A stretch of 64,000 nt of DNA from positions 97,119,064-97,183,063 of the forward strand of contig NC_092371.1 of NCBI RefSeq assembly GCF_030028105.1. The letters run 5' to 3'. The notes beneath the pieces were generated by a model. It did no database searches. It was given only the letters and a program-made list of their open reading frames with translations, and was not told the DNA's origin. This DNA is from Mobula birostris. Lineage: Eukaryota. The position numbers were made by a program, and so were the translations under genes. This document shows, piece by piece, positions 63,721 through 64,000 of the stretch (within the stretch, counting starts at the first letter, position 1; every line of letters begins with the position of its first letter).

Positions 63721-64000
63721 TGGCACGTGGCCAAGTGGTTAAGGCGTTCGTCTAGTGTTCTGAAGATCGCTAGTTCGAGCATTGGCTGAGACAGCGTGTT
63801 TGTCCTTGAGCAAGGCACTTAACCACAGATTGCTCTGCGACAACACCGGTTCCAAGCTATACGAGTCCTAATGCCCTTCCCTTGGAAAACATCGGTGGCG
63901 TGGAGAGGGGAGACTTGCAGCTTGGGCAACTGCTGGTCCCCCATACAACTGTTGGTCTTCCTTGCCCAGGCCGCACCCTGGAAACCTTCCAAGGCGCAAA
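63721..64000 (+). mobile_element. tRNA-derived SINE with a CORE-like domain (runs off the right edge)
   Basis: A box TGGCCAAGTGG (63728-63738), B box GTTCGAGC (from 63773), and TGTCCTTGAGCAAGGCACTTAACC resembling the MIR core TGACCTTGGGCAAGTCACTTAACC. Interrupts the block homologous to 27690. Confidence 0.75.

Larger units (their letters stand above)
49230..64000 (-). repeat. Segmental duplication unit D (contains the only intact gene)
   Basis: Collinear with units B and C; 63540-63716 matches 27525-27700. Confidence 0.8.

Noticed and set aside
63721-63790. tRNA gene
   Set aside because: A and B boxes are present, but I see no cloverleaf, the sequence continues into a CORE-like SINE body, and it interrupts a paralogous block.

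Overview
Vertebrate genomic DNA from a cartilaginous fish, probably a ray (inferred from the immunoglobulin sequences and repeat families). The window is a head-to-tail, minus-strand tandem array of four degenerate copies (units A-D) of an immunoglobulin light-chain cluster: leader, germline-joined VJ, J-C intron, C. The sequences resemble the elasmobranch lambda / type II / NS3 isotype. Only unit D is complete: leader 61004-60956, VJ 60864-60517 and C 56353-56031 splice to a 239-aa chain. Unit B has a dead VJ (stop, frameshift, retroposon micro-insertion, lost splice donor) with an intact C. Unit C has lost its promoter and leader, has a triple-frameshifted VJ and has a decaying C. Unit A has an intact C whose VJ was deleted. 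The rest is dense with retroelements: many CR1 fragments, a Rex1/Babar element, a full-length L1/Tx1-like element with a 15-bp TSD, Gypsy LTR elements, a three-level nested LTR stack, a CORE-like tRNA SINE, and a Penelope-like fragment carrying a complete minimal hammerhead ribozyme motif. Paralogous units give empty-site controls for several insertions. All alignments were done by eye; family assignments come from recalled motifs, not from database searches.
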